A stretch of 64,000 nucleotides of DNA from an uncultured Verrucomicrobiae bacterium (GTDB lineage: Bacteria > Verrucomicrobiota > Verrucomicrobiia > Limisphaerales > Palsa-1400): positions 1,600,001 to 1,664,000 of the forward strand of contig OY969763.1 in the NCBI GenBank assembly GCA_963702845.1, given 5' to 3'. Each line of letters opens with the position of its first letter. The stretch's first letter is position 1. A program made the translations under genes and the position numbers. Below, in pieces: positions 28,651-38,851 of this stretch. The notes below the pieces were generated by a model. That model was given only the letters and a program-made list of their open reading frames with translations, searched no databases and had not been told where the DNA came from.

Positions 28651-29295
28651 ATGGCTATCGAAACTAACAGAGTTGCTTACGAAGATGAAATTGCATCAAA
28701 AACTTCATCTCTACGTGAGCCGGAACATCACGGAACTTACGAATCGGAGCGCACAGAGCATAAAATTGCAGCGGGAGGGATTGGATTGGCGGCCCTGCTG
28801 GGGTTGGTGTCCGTTGTGCTAGCGATCGTTGGGTTGGTGAATGTTGCGCCATTCTATATGGCTGGCATCAGCGCGGTCGCGTTAGGGGTCGCTTGGTTGT
28901 TGGCGGGGGGATTCAGCAGGGAATGGTTTACCTCGCCGCGCGAACACTTCTTCTATGAAGGCGAAGGTGCGATGAGCACAGAGGTGATGGCGGGCGTGGC
29001 CGGAATCGTTCTGGGAATCCTCGCGTTAATGGGAGTGGTTCCTGGCATCTTGCTGCCAGTCGCAGTGTTGGCATTTGGCATATCGTTGTTTATGTCCAGC
29101 TGGGTGAGTGCAACTCAGTTCTCTGGCATCAAATGTCTGACCGGCTTGTCTGGAATTGTGCTTGGTATTCTTGCGCTCACTGTTGCGTCGCCCCTGGCTT
29201 TGATCCTTGTGGGCTTTTTGACACTTGGATTTGGCACGTTGTTTAGCGGCTCAATGATGAGCAGCAGATATATGTTCGCCGCACACGGCGCATAA
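28651..29295 (+). CDS. Hypothetical multi-pass membrane protein
   Basis: AAGGAG RBS and repeated GIVLGILAL hydrophobic helices. Confidence 0.8.
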   Translation: MAIETNRVAYEDEIASKTSSLREPEHHGTYESERTEHKIAAGGIGLAALLGLVSVVLAIVGLVNVAPFYMAGISAVALGVAWLLAGGFSREWFTSPREHFFYEGEGAMSTEVMAGVAGIVLGILALMGVVPGILLPVAVLAFGISLFMSSWVSATQFSGIKCLTGLSGIVLGILALTVASPLALILVGFLTLGFGTLFSGSMMSSRYMFAAHGA

Positions 29296-29314
29296 TTACT
29301 GAAAAGTTCCTCGC

Positions 29315-29352
29315 AACCCCTTTCGCCTCGACGGCGAAAGGGGTTTTTATTT
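29315..29352 (+). terminator. Intrinsic terminator
   Basis: AACCCCTTTCGCC-TCGAC-GGCGAAAGGGGTT followed by TTTATTT. Confidence 0.85.
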
Positions 29353-29388
29353 GCTTCCAACCTTCCGCCTGAGCCAACATCGGCCGCC

Positions 29389-31071
29389 ATGTTGAGACTC
29401 GTTGCTGTTGTTGTAATAACATTCGTTTGCATTGTCTGCTCGTTTGCCTCAGACCTCGCGAGCGGCACTAATGGCATTGTAGCCAGTGTAAACGACGTTG
29501 CGACGCTCGCCGGAATCGATGCGATGAAACGCGGTGGCAATGCTGTGGATGCGGCGGTAGCGACGGCGCTGACGTTGGGCGTGGTCGACGGTTTTAATTC
29601 GGGTATCGGCGGTGGATGTTTCATGCTCATCCGCCGCAGCAATGGTAAAATCCTGGCGATTGACGGTCGCGAAATGGCGCCTTCCGCAGCAACACGTGAC
29701 ATGTTCGTCCGCAATGGCACAGGCGACACTGAGTTGAGTCAGATAGGGCCATTGGCCAGCGGTGTTCCCGGCGCGTTGGCGGCCTACGATTTAGCTTTGC
29801 GGAAAGCGGGAAAACTCAGTCTTCGCGATCACTTGCTTCACGCAGCGCAACTCGCGGAAGATGGTTTTCGGATTGATCGCGGATATGCCAGCACGTTGCA
29901 GCACACGACAAATGAGCTGGTTAAATTCGATGGATCTCGCGCGGTATTTTTCAAACCTGATGGGACAACTTATGCAAAGGGCGATCTGTTCCGGCAGCCG
30001 GATCTGGCCAACACTTACCGACAGGTTGCAACGCATGGATTAAAATGGTTCTACGGTGGACCCTTCGCGCAGTCGACAGAAGCCTGGATGAAACGTAATG
30101 GCGGGATCATGACGGCGCGCGATCTTTCGAATTACAAGGCTATCATTCGTGAGCCGATTTCAACGACGTATCGCGGGTATGAAGTTGTCTCTTTTCCACC
30201 GCCCAGTTCGGGCGGAGTCCATCTGTTGGAGATGCTAAACATCCTTGAAACGAAAAACGTAAAAGCGTTGGGGTCCGAAACGGTCGACAGCCTGCACCTG
30301 ATTGCTGAATCGATGAAGCTGGCATTTGCGGATCGCGCCTACTGGTTAGGGGACCCGGATTTTACAAAGGTTCCGCGCGGTTTAGTTGCGAAGGACTACG
30401 CGCACAAACTTGCTGCAAAAATCGACATGCAACACGCGATCACCGTTGCAGGTCATAGTACTCCGGACGATGCGAGTGAGAACGTGTTTCGAAAGCACAC
30501 CACCCATTTTTCGACCGCCGATCGCGAAGGCAATTGGGTCGCTTGCACGGCGACGGTGAATACGAGCTTCGGTTCGAAAGTGGTCATCCCTGGCACTGGC
30601 GTCGTGTTGAATAACGAAATGGATGACTTTTCGGTTCAGCCCGGCGTTGCCAATTTCTTTGGTTTGGTGGGCAACGAAGCTAACGCGGTCGCTCCGGGAA
30701 AACGTCCACTCTCCAGCATGACTCCAACGATCGTGCTGAAGGACAGCCAGCCTATCATGTCGGTTGGAGCCGCTGGCGGCCCGACGATTATTAGCCAGAC
30801 GTTGTTGAACATCGTCAACGTGCTCGATTTTGGCATGCCTCTCGACAAAGCCCTCGCTGCGCCGCGAATTCATCATCAATGGAGTCCTGATGAACTGCGC
30901 GTTGAAAAAAGCGTCAGCACAATCGCGGTAGATGGACTTGAGGAACGCGGCCACAAAGTGAAAGTGGTGTCAGGCCTGGGGGTTTCCCAAGCGGTGATGA
31001 GAGCAGCAGATGGGAAGACGTTCGTGGGTGTGGCGGATCCGAGGGCAGGGGGAACAGCTCGCGGTTGGTAG
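29389..31071 (+). CDS. ggt: Gamma-glutamyltransferase
   Basis: GGNAVDAAVA, SGIGGG, IDGRE, PPPSSGG, HTTHFS (Thr nucleophile), LNNEMDDF and KRPLSSMTP. Confidence 0.95.
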   Translation: MLRLVAVVVITFVCIVCSFASDLASGTNGIVASVNDVATLAGIDAMKRGGNAVDAAVATALTLGVVDGFNSGIGGGCFMLIRRSNGKILAIDGREMAPSAATRDMFVRNGTGDTELSQIGPLASGVPGALAAYDLALRKAGKLSLRDHLLHAAQLAEDGFRIDRGYASTLQHTTNELVKFDGSRAVFFKPDGTTYAKGDLFRQPDLANTYRQVATHGLKWFYGGPFAQSTEAWMKRNGGIMTARDLSNYKAIIREPISTTYRGYEVVSFPPPSSGGVHLLEMLNILETKNVKALGSETVDSLHLIAESMKLAFADRAYWLGDPDFTKVPRGLVAKDYAHKLAAKIDMQHAITVAGHSTPDDASENVFRKHTTHFSTADREGNWVACTATVNTSFGSKVVIPGTGVVLNNEMDDFSVQPGVANFFGLVGNEANAVAPGKRPLSSMTPTIVLKDSQPIMSVGAAGGPTIISQTLLNIVNVLDFGMPLDKALAAPRIHHQWSPDELRVEKSVSTIAVDGLEERGHKVKVVSGLGVSQAVMRAADGKTFVGVADPRAGGTARGW

Positions 31072-31094
31072 CTACCAATAGCGTTTTTTGCTAA

Positions 31095-31598
31095 CTACTT
31101 CGCCGGAAGGCCATGCTTCCTCACGATGGCCTGAACGGCTTCGTGCAGGATGTGCATTTTGAACGGCTTCCAGAGGATCATTCCGCGTACTTCACGGATG
31201 AACTCGGTAACCTTGGTATCGTTATGGTTGCCGGTCATGAAAATGAACCGTTTGCAGAGCTGCGGCTTAACCCGCTCAACGGCTTTGTAAAACATGTCGC
31301 CGGCGAGGTTCGGCATGAGCATGTCGCAAAGGACGATTGAAAAGTCTTCGTGGATAACTCGTTTAATCCCTTCGACGCCATCTTTCGCATAAACTACCGA
31401 AAAGCCCCAATCTTCGAAATATTCACGCACGATACTGGCGAAGTCAAAATCGTCCTCGAGAATCAGAACCTTATGCAAACCCGACGTGCGCGCAAATTTC
31501 TCAAGGTCATGGCGTTGCTCGCCAAAAATCTTGATAACGTGCCGTTGGCCAGATTTTTTCTCGTCCATCCCTCTATTTGTGGTGTTTTCGGTCGGCAT
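31095..31598 (-). CDS. Single-domain response regulator
   Basis: LILEDD, LCDMLMP, FMTG and WKPF. Confidence 0.88.
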   Translation of the reverse strand: MPTENTTNRGMDEKKSGQRHVIKIFGEQRHDLEKFARTSGLHKVLILEDDFDFASIVREYFEDWGFSVVYAKDGVEGIKRVIHEDFSIVLCDMLMPNLAGDMFYKAVERVKPQLCKRFIFMTGNHNDTKVTEFIREVRGMILWKPFKMHILHEAVQAIVRKHGLPAK

Positions 31599-31672
31599 GT
31601 CAATTCTGCGAATTATGCCTAAAAGCAATTTTTCTGCCTACCTGCTCGGGTTTTCGCTATCGTAGATTATTT

Positions 31673-32762
31673 ATGAGGCCGCGCGTTATTTTGCATTTGG
31701 ATATGGACGCGTTCTATGCCTCCGTCGAGCAGCGGGACAATCCGGAACTGCGTGGCAAGCCGGTTATTGTGGGCAGCCCTCCAACCCAACGCGGTGTTGT
31801 CGCTGCGGCAAGCTACGAAGCACGCAAGTTTGGCGTTCGATCGGCTCTCCCAAGCGTCACAGCCGGACGCCTTTGCCCTAACGGTGTTTTCATTCGGCCG
31901 CGAATGGAGCATTATCGTGCTGAATCGCACCACATCATGGCGATTTTGGCGGATTGTGGCGCCGATGTGGAACGGACGTCGATCGATGAAGCGTATCTGG
32001 ATGTCTCGCTGATTTTGCCCGAAACGTCCGATGTCGATGCGGCATTGGAGGCTGCTATTCCGATCGCCTGCGGGTTAAAAGAGCGCATTCGAAACGAACG
32101 CAACCTTTCCGCCACTGTTGGCATCGGTTCAAATAAGTTGCTGGCGAAGATTGCGAGTGACTTCAAGAAGCCGGATGGACTGACGCTCATACCCGAGCGA
32201 GATAAGGCCGCATTCTTGCGGCCGATTTCAGTTCGAGCGATTCCAGGAGTCGGCCGCGTCACCGAAGAGATTCTTAATGGTGTAAACATTAGAACGATCG
32301 CCGACGTGCAGGATTACGCTGGCGATTTGCGTGCCTTGGTGGGCTCGTACGGGCCCGTCCTGAAAAAAGGCCGCGTTCGGAGAAGATGAACGCATTTTAG
32401 ACCTGGGTGATGAGATCAAGAGCGTCAGTAGCGAGGAAACGTTTGGCCGCGACACGGACGATCGCCGCATCCTAAGGCAATCGTTGCGGGCGCAAGCGGA
32501 AGATGTCGCGACACGACTAAAGAAAAGGCATCTTGGCGCACGCACGGTGCAGGTCAAAATTCGCTATGGCGACTTCACTACATTGACCCGTCAATTCTCT
32601 GTGGAAGAGCCGATCAGCGAGCCGGGCGACATCTATCGATTGGGTTGCTTTTTGCTCGCGCGAGAGCGGTTGGTCAATCGTCCACTGCGCTTGATTGGAT
32701 TAGGCGTGAGCGGATTGACTGAATCTGTTAATACGCAACTGACGTTAAAAGAAATGTTATGA
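31673..32762 (+). CDS. dinB: DNA polymerase IV; +1 frameshift at ~32363-32370
   Basis: HLDMDAFYASVE, ASYEARKFG, SIDEAYLD and AKIASDFKKPDG. The frame resumes as AAFGEDER...KSVSSEETF...LRLIGLG. Confidence 0.94.
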
Positions 32763-33343
32763 GCGAATCGTATTGGGAAGAACGTTACCGAACAGCCGAT
32801 ATGCCATGGGAAAAGGGCGAGCCCTCACCCGGGTTGGTCGATTTCATTACGCAACATCCTGAACTGAAACGCGGGAGCGTTTTGGTTCCCGGTTGTGGGA
32901 CGGGTCATGACGTTCGGGTTTGGGCGAAAGGCGGATTTGCTGCGACCGGCATGGACCTCGCGCCGAGCGCAATTGATTTAGCGCGCGAAAAAACCTCCGC
33001 TGCTCATTTGAGCGCGGAGTTCGTCCAACGTGATTTCCTGCGAGATCAACCGGATCAATTGTTTGATTGGTTGTTCGAACACACGTTGTTTTGTGCAATC
33101 CAGTTAATCGATAGGGATCTTTACGTTGAAGCGGTGCGGCGCTGGCTGAAGCCTGGTGGAAATTATTTGGCGGTATTTTACATGATCGATGAGGAGGATG
33201 GACCTCCGTTCGGGACGAAACGTGAGGAATTGGTGAAACGGTTTTCACCACACTTTAACTTGCTGAAGGACTGGGTTCCACGGTCGTATCCCAATCGCAC
33301 GGGGCTGGAACTGATGATGTGGTGGCAAAAGAAACAACCGTAA
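32759..33343 (+). CDS. TPMT/thiol-methyltransferase-like SAM methyltransferase
   Basis: YWEERY..PWEKG, LVPGCGTGHD and FEHTLFCAI. Confidence 0.88.
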   Translation: MSESYWEERYRTADMPWEKGEPSPGLVDFITQHPELKRGSVLVPGCGTGHDVRVWAKGGFAATGMDLAPSAIDLAREKTSAAHLSAEFVQRDFLRDQPDQLFDWLFEHTLFCAIQLIDRDLYVEAVRRWLKPGGNYLAVFYMIDEEDGPPFGTKREELVKRFSPHFNLLKDWVPRSYPNRTGLELMMWWQKKQP

Positions 33344-33353
33344 TCGCAGTCGA

Positions 33354-34250
33354 TCAATCGAGGCGGACAGGTTTGAGTCGGGCAACACGAATGTCGGATT
33401 TGCGGTGGCGATAGACCGCAATCGCGGCGACCACCATCACAACGCTGATGAGTTGCGATAACGTAAGGCCTGCATAGGCCGCTGGATTATCGGCGCGGAA
33501 AAATTCCAGGCAAAAGCGAATCACGCCGTATCCAAGTACGAATTGCCAAATGATTTCGCCTTCCCATTCACGTCGTTTGAATGCGCGGTGCAAATACACG
33601 CACAGCAGTAACGCAAAAGCTGTTTCGTAAAGCTGCACCGGATGAACCGGCAGCGACTGCGTAGCGTCTTTTGGAATCAGTCCGAGTTCACGCTGTTGTT
33701 CGGCTGCGCTGGCTTCTGCAGGAAAGCGCACCGCGAATGGATATGTGCCCGGCGACAACAATGCAAATGTGCGCACTTGCCGAAGCGCGCCAGGATCATG
33801 AATTGCCGATGCCTGCGCGTCGTTGATGCAAACGTCGCCCCAGCAACACCCAGCCATAAAGCACCCGATGCGGCCAATCGCCAATCCCAGCGCGAGCCCG
33901 GGTGCGCACGCGTCCGCGAGCGTGCCTAAAGATAAACATGTGCAGGCGGCGTAGGCGATCAGGGCGAGCACGCCAAAAATCATTCCGCCATAAAACACCA
34001 TGCCACCACTGGCAGTAGTCAGCGCGCTCCAAAGACTGACACCTTCCGGAAATTCGAACCACCAACTGAAGATGCGCGCACCAAACAAACTGCTGATGGC
34101 GATCAGCAAGGTCAGGTTATCGATGTGCGCGCCCTCGATACCGGTGCGAACGGCACGCCAGCGGCTGATTACATATCCTCCAATGAGCGCAAGAAGAAGG
34201 AACGCGGAGTACGACGCAATGTGTGGCTCCGATATAAGAACTTTGTGCAT
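33354..34250 (-). CDS. lgt: Prolipoprotein diacylglyceryl transferase family protein
   Basis: GGMVFYGG, IGRIGCFMAGCCWG, HPVQLYE and YGVIRFCLEFFR. Confidence 0.88.
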   Translation of the reverse strand: MHKVLISEPHIASYSAFLLLALIGGYVISRWRAVRTGIEGAHIDNLTLLIAISSLFGARIFSWWFEFPEGVSLWSALTTASGGMVFYGGMIFGVLALIAYAACTCLSLGTLADACAPGLALGLAIGRIGCFMAGCCWGDVCINDAQASAIHDPGALRQVRTFALLSPGTYPFAVRFPAEASAAEQQRELGLIPKDATQSLPVHPVQLYETAFALLLCVYLHRAFKRREWEGEIIWQFVLGYGVIRFCLEFFRADNPAAYAGLTLSQLISVVMVVAAIAVYRHRKSDIRVARLKPVRLD

Positions 34251-34342
34251 ACCCGATTGCGAATATTACTTAGGAGGAAGAAGAAGAGTAGGTAGGGAAT
34301 CTGCTCTTCTTCGCACCGGTCGTTTGGCTAATCAGTTGTCGA

Positions 34343-34510
34343 TCACGACGGCGTTTTTGCTTTGCATTCGCAGCTATCGGAATGCGGCACCAGTTGCGGA
34401 GCCGCTGCCTTAGCTTTGCATTCGCACGTATCTGCGCGAGGCGTGAAGCCAGGCGAGAGGACTCCCAGTGCGATCGCCGCACCGGCCAGTAGTTTTATTA
34501 TTGTGATCAT
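34343..34510 (-). CDS. Small secreted 55-aa peptide with two D[T/S]CECKAK repeats (below the ORF-track cutoff)
   Basis: Manual translation: MITIIKLLAGAAIALGVLSPGFTPRADTCECKAKAAAPQLVPHSDSCECKAKTPS-stop. Confidence 0.7.
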   Translation of the reverse strand: MITIIKLLAGAAIALGVLSPGFTPRADTCECKAKAAAPQLVPHSDSCECKAKTPS

Positions 34511-34862
34511 ACCCAATCCGAGGACTCAGTGTGGACGGTCGCCGTACTCCGACAACCTATCCACCACCTGCAGTCGTCCGCGCTGCGGCTACTTTAAAAT
34601 AACTTGTCAATCGCATGACGCAATGGATGGCGACGCTTGATGATTAATTAGGGCTTTCGCTGAGAGAGCAATACGCGATGAGCTTTTGGCAACTTACGTG
34701 TAGTCAATGCTCGTAGAAGCGACGGTAGATCATAAGGCCCCGGAAAGTGTCGGGCCTCCAAGGGCGACCCTTTCGAGACCGGTGAGAAATGCGTTATGGA
34801 TGTCTGTACCCAATTGGATCAGAAAAAGCCCCCAAACGACGCGGAGCAAAGCAACACGCAGA

Positions 34863-36947
34863 TCAGTGGGCGGCGTGTGCTTCTGCTTTCTTCTTCTTCA
34901 CATCTTCGATGACTTTCGTTTCCATGTCTCGCGGCATCTCTTCGTAATGATCGAAACTCTCCGTGTGAATTCCGCGGCCGCCCGTCAGTGAGCGCAAGTT
35001 GCTCGAGTATCTGTGCAACTCACGCGCCGGGACCTGCGCTTTGATGACTTGGAATTGTCCTTCGACTTCGATGCCGACGATTCGACCCCGGCGGCTCGAA
35101 ATGTCGCCCATGACTTTGCCCAGGCAATCTTCGGGGATGTGCACTTCGATATTATGAATCGGTTCGAGCAGGCAAGGCTTCGCTTTCAGGAACGCCTCTT
35201 TGAATGCAAAGTAACCGGCGATTTGGAACGCAATGTCCTTTGAATCGACCGGGTGCATTTTGCCGTCGTAGAAATCAATCTTTACATCCATGACGCGGTA
35301 GCCCGCGAGGATACCTTCTTTACACGCTTGATTAACGCCGTCTTCGACCGATGGGACGAACACGCGATCAACGTTTTGCCCGCTGAGCGATTCCGTAAAT
35401 TCCACACCGGTCTCACGCGGCAAAGGTTCAATTTTCATCCAGACTTCCGCGAATTGACCTGCACCACCGGTTTGCTTCTTGTGACGGTATTTGGAATCGC
35501 TGCTCGTGCGAATTGTTTCGCGGAATGGAATGCGCGGTTCGCCAAGCTCGACGTGTGTGTTGAAACGGCGGCGCAGCCGATCAACGATCACTTCGAGGTG
35601 CAACTCGCCTTGCGCAGAAATGATTGTCTGGTGTAGTTCGGAATCTACCCGGTGAACAAACGTCGGATCTTCTTCGTGCAACGCAGCTAGTCCGGCCGCG
35701 ACTTTGTCTTCTTCTCCTTTGACGGCGATATTCAGGGACGCGTGGATGGTCGGTTTCGGGTAAGTGACTTTCGCGAGTCTCACCGGACGTGAGGGGGAAC
35801 AGAGTGTATTCCCGGTGTGGGTGTCTTTAAGTTTTACAACAGCTCCGATCTCCCCGGGGCCAAGCTCAGGGATGGGTTTGCGATCGTGCCCGTTCAGGAC
35901 GTAAATCTGGCCGACGCGTTCGGTAATGCTGCGGTCGCTGTTATATAGCTCCGAGCCGCTCTTCACAGTGCCGGAGTAGACGCGGAAAAAGGAAAGTTCA
36001 CCGAAATGCGCTTCGGCCATTGTTTTGAAAACAAATGCCGATGTCTCTGGATCGGTAAGGCGAACTTCGGTGGGTTGTCCATTTGCGTCGAGGGCTGCGT
36101 AACGTTTTCGATCGACCGGAGAAGAACCATATTTGGCGATGAAGTCCATCAGTCGGGCGACGCCGACATTTGTTTCGGCGGAGGTGCAGAACAGCGGAAT
36201 GAAGTGCTGCTTCTGCACCGCTTCGTGTATGCCCGCCCGGAACTCCTCTTCCGACAAGCCGCCCTGGTCGAAATATTTCGACAACAACGTGTCATCGGAC
36301 TCGGCTATGTGCTCGATCATCTCGGTGTGGAGTTGTTTGACTTTGGCTTCCCAGAAACCGGTCGCCGGAACTTCTTTGTATTGGCCGCGACCACCTTCGT
36401 AGGTGCAGATATCATTGCGTAAAACGTCGAGGATCTGGTTGAAACCCGTTCCCGGGTTGATCGGGACGTTCATTGGAAATACGCCCGCGCCGTAACTTTT
36501 TCGGATTTCATCGAGAATTTCGTCAAAGTGCGTGTTCGGTTTATCAAATTCATTCATCACAAGGATTTTAGGGATGTTCAATTCAGTGGCGTAGTTCCAG
36601 ACGCGTTGCGTGCCCACGCCCACGCCATGCTGCGCGTTGACCACGACAACGGCGAAATCCGAAACGCGCAGAGCGCTGAAGGCTTCGCTGATGAAATCCA
36701 CGTAACCGGGAGTGTCGAGAATGTTGAACCGTTTGCCTTGCCATTCGGCGCGGAGCAATGATGCGTGAATAGAAATCTGCCGCTGCTGTTCGCTGGCGTG
36801 ATAGTCGGACACGGTCGTGCCGTGGGCAATTTTCCCCATTCGATTAATGGCACCGCTGCACGCGAGCATAGCTTCGCTCAACATGGTTTTGCCACTCGAG
36901 GCATGGCCGACAATGGAAAAATTACGGATGTCTGCTGGTGTTTGCAT
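34863..36947 (-). CDS. fusA: Elongation factor G paralogue (EF-G2-like)
   Basis: GHASSGKT, RQISI, DTPGYVDF, EEDPT, GELHLE, KKQTGGAGQF, DGKMHPVDS and LLEPI. Confidence 0.93.
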   Translation of the reverse strand: MQTPADIRNFSIVGHASSGKTMLSEAMLACSGAINRMGKIAHGTTVSDYHASEQQRQISIHASLLRAEWQGKRFNILDTPGYVDFISEAFSALRVSDFAVVVVNAQHGVGVGTQRVWNYATELNIPKILVMNEFDKPNTHFDEILDEIRKSYGAGVFPMNVPINPGTGFNQILDVLRNDICTYEGGRGQYKEVPATGFWEAKVKQLHTEMIEHIAESDDTLLSKYFDQGGLSEEEFRAGIHEAVQKQHFIPLFCTSAETNVGVARLMDFIAKYGSSPVDRKRYAALDANGQPTEVRLTDPETSAFVFKTMAEAHFGELSFFRVYSGTVKSGSELYNSDRSITERVGQIYVLNGHDRKPIPELGPGEIGAVVKLKDTHTGNTLCSPSRPVRLAKVTYPKPTIHASLNIAVKGEEDKVAAGLAALHEEDPTFVHRVDSELHQTIISAQGELHLEVIVDRLRRRFNTHVELGEPRIPFRETIRTSSDSKYRHKKQTGGAGQFAEVWMKIEPLPRETGVEFTESLSGQNVDRVFVPSVEDGVNQACKEGILAGYRVMDVKIDFYDGKMHPVDSKDIAFQIAGYFAFKEAFLKAKPCLLEPIHNIEVHIPEDCLGKVMGDISSRRGRIVGIEVEGQFQVIKAQVPARELHRYSSNLRSLTGGRGIHTESFDHYEEMPRDMETKVIEDVKKKKAEAHAAH

Positions 36948-37296
36948 ACGTGTGTAGAAGGTTTGCGCTTTTCATAATTGAAACTCGCTGCGGTCACCGG
37001 TGTGGGGAGGCGCCGGTATACCGCCTGTGAAGAGTTAAACACAGAGTGAATTGATTGCCAATAGGGGGAAGAAGGAAGTTTTGACGTGTGTCAACTATGC
37101 GTCAGGTTGAAGTCTCCCTGCCGTCGATTCTTGCGAATTTGTCAGGGAAGGAACGACCTGCCTAGTCCCGTGGGAAAACGTCACATAAAACTAGTGCGTG
37201 CGATGATGACGGGGATTTACGGGGAATTGCTGACTTGCTGCAAACAGCAATCGCGCGAAGGTTGCGAGCCTGGAGAATGGTTTTTCGGGATTTATT

Positions 37297-37563
37297 ATGA
37301 CCTATACGGAATTTAAAAGGCACGTGGCAAGAATCTCAAGGCAGGAGTTCTTGAGCAGCCAATTCAACCCCCTTCAATACGGCATCGAACGCACCCGTTT
37401 TGAGGAGCGCAAGCTCAGACAATTGATCGCGCTGGCAAAGCGCACGCAGTTCCTGACCGCCCAACGCAAGGTCGCTGGATGGGAACGCAAATTGCAACGC
37501 ATGCAAGAGAAGCGCGCGCGCTTTGAGCAGACGACGCGAGCGGCTGCGGTAGTTAGCGCCTAG
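37297..37563 (+). CDS. Hypothetical basic 88-aa protein
   Basis: ATG ORF with helical Arg/Lys-rich composition, co-oriented with the next gene. Confidence 0.55.
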   Translation: MTYTEFKRHVARISRQEFLSSQFNPLQYGIERTRFEERKLRQLIALAKRTQFLTAQRKVAGWERKLQRMQEKRARFEQTTRAAAVVSA

Positions 37564-37640
37564 CAACACCTTTCCCGCCATCGAAAGACACCTTTGCACG
37601 AATCGAGGCATTCGCGCCTGGTCGTGCGAGGGTCTATAGT

Positions 37641-38783
37641 ATGAACGTGCCAACCAACGGGAACGGGCATGTAACGGTCGAGCAAATGAACGGGCACGAC
37701 CATCGCCCGATTCTTATTACGGGCGGCGCCGGTTTTATCGGCACGAACGTAGCCCACCGATTTTTGCAGTCGGGTCAGCGCGTGATTATTTACGATAACT
37801 TGTCGCGTGATGGGGTGGAACGAAATCTGGCGTGGCTGGAATGTAATTACGGCGACTTGGTTCAGGTAGAAATCGGTGACGTTCGAAATGAGAATGCGTT
37901 ACGCAAGTTGGTGCGTGGTGTGTCAAAAGTGTTCCATTTCGCAGCGCAGGTTGATGTCCCTGCCAGTCTGGAAAACCCAATTGAAGACTTCGAGGTCAAT
38001 GCGCGTGGGACTCTTAATCTACTGGAGGCCATCCGCACACTGCCCGCACCGCCACAATTGATCTACACATCGAGCAACAAGGTTTACGGGGACCTCTCGA
38101 ATGTGAAAACGGTTGATGAAGGCATGCGTTACGCAGCGGTGAATCAGCGTATTCGCTCCTTTGGCTTCAGCGAAGCGCGGCCCTTGAGCTTTCATAGTCC
38201 ATATGACTGTTCGAAAGGGTCGGCTGCCCAATTCGTGCTCGGCTACGCACGCACGTTCCGGATTCCTGCGGTGGTGTTCCACATGAGTTGCATTTATGGA
38301 CCTCACCAGTTCGGCAATGAAGACCAGGGATGGGTTACGCACTTTCTCATTCGTTCCATTTCTGATCTACCGCTGACCATCTACGGCGATGGAAAACAAG
38401 TTCGCGACATTCTGCTTGTTGAAGATCTGGTCGACGCATCCCTGCTCGCGCATCAAAACATGCGTCGACTTTCCGGCCAGGCGTTTAATATCGGCGGCGG
38501 TCCGGCTAACACGATTAGCCCTTTGGAATTGCTAAAATTCATCGAAGAAATTCAGGGCAAGTGTCCCGAGATTCGTTTTGCGGATTGGCGTTTTGACGAC
38601 CAGAAATATTACGTGTCCGACATTCGCAAATTCAGAAAGGCCACGGGTTGGATTCCGAAGACCACCAGTCGCGACGGCATCCGCCAGCTTTACCAATGGC
38701 TGATTGAAAACGCGGTCGCGGTGCCCCGCGTTGAAACAAACGTTGCTCGCCACCGTCATCCCGCAATGGCTCAATCTGTCTGA
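37641..38783 (+). CDS. NAD-dependent epimerase/dehydratase (CDP-paratose 2-epimerase-like)
   Basis: ITGGAGFIG, FHFAAQV, NKVYG, YDCSK, SCIYGPHQFGNEDQGWV and GDGKQVRD. Confidence 0.9.
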   Translation: MNVPTNGNGHVTVEQMNGHDHRPILITGGAGFIGTNVAHRFLQSGQRVIIYDNLSRDGVERNLAWLECNYGDLVQVEIGDVRNENALRKLVRGVSKVFHFAAQVDVPASLENPIEDFEVNARGTLNLLEAIRTLPAPPQLIYTSSNKVYGDLSNVKTVDEGMRYAAVNQRIRSFGFSEARPLSFHSPYDCSKGSAAQFVLGYARTFRIPAVVFHMSCIYGPHQFGNEDQGWVTHFLIRSISDLPLTIYGDGKQVRDILLVEDLVDASLLAHQNMRRLSGQAFNIGGGPANTISPLELLKFIEEIQGKCPEIRFADWRFDDQKYYVSDIRKFRKATGWIPKTTSRDGIRQLYQWLIENAVAVPRVETNVARHRHPAMAQSV

Positions 38784-38851
38784 GACCACTCCGATGCGCT
38801 AGTGTCTAATTTGAGACTCGTCTCAGCAACTCCTACGCATATTGTTTTCCT

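Noticed and set aside
37641..38783. Epimerase possibly degenerate
   Set aside because: GxxGxxG and YxxxK are intact; other deviations cannot be judged without an alignment.
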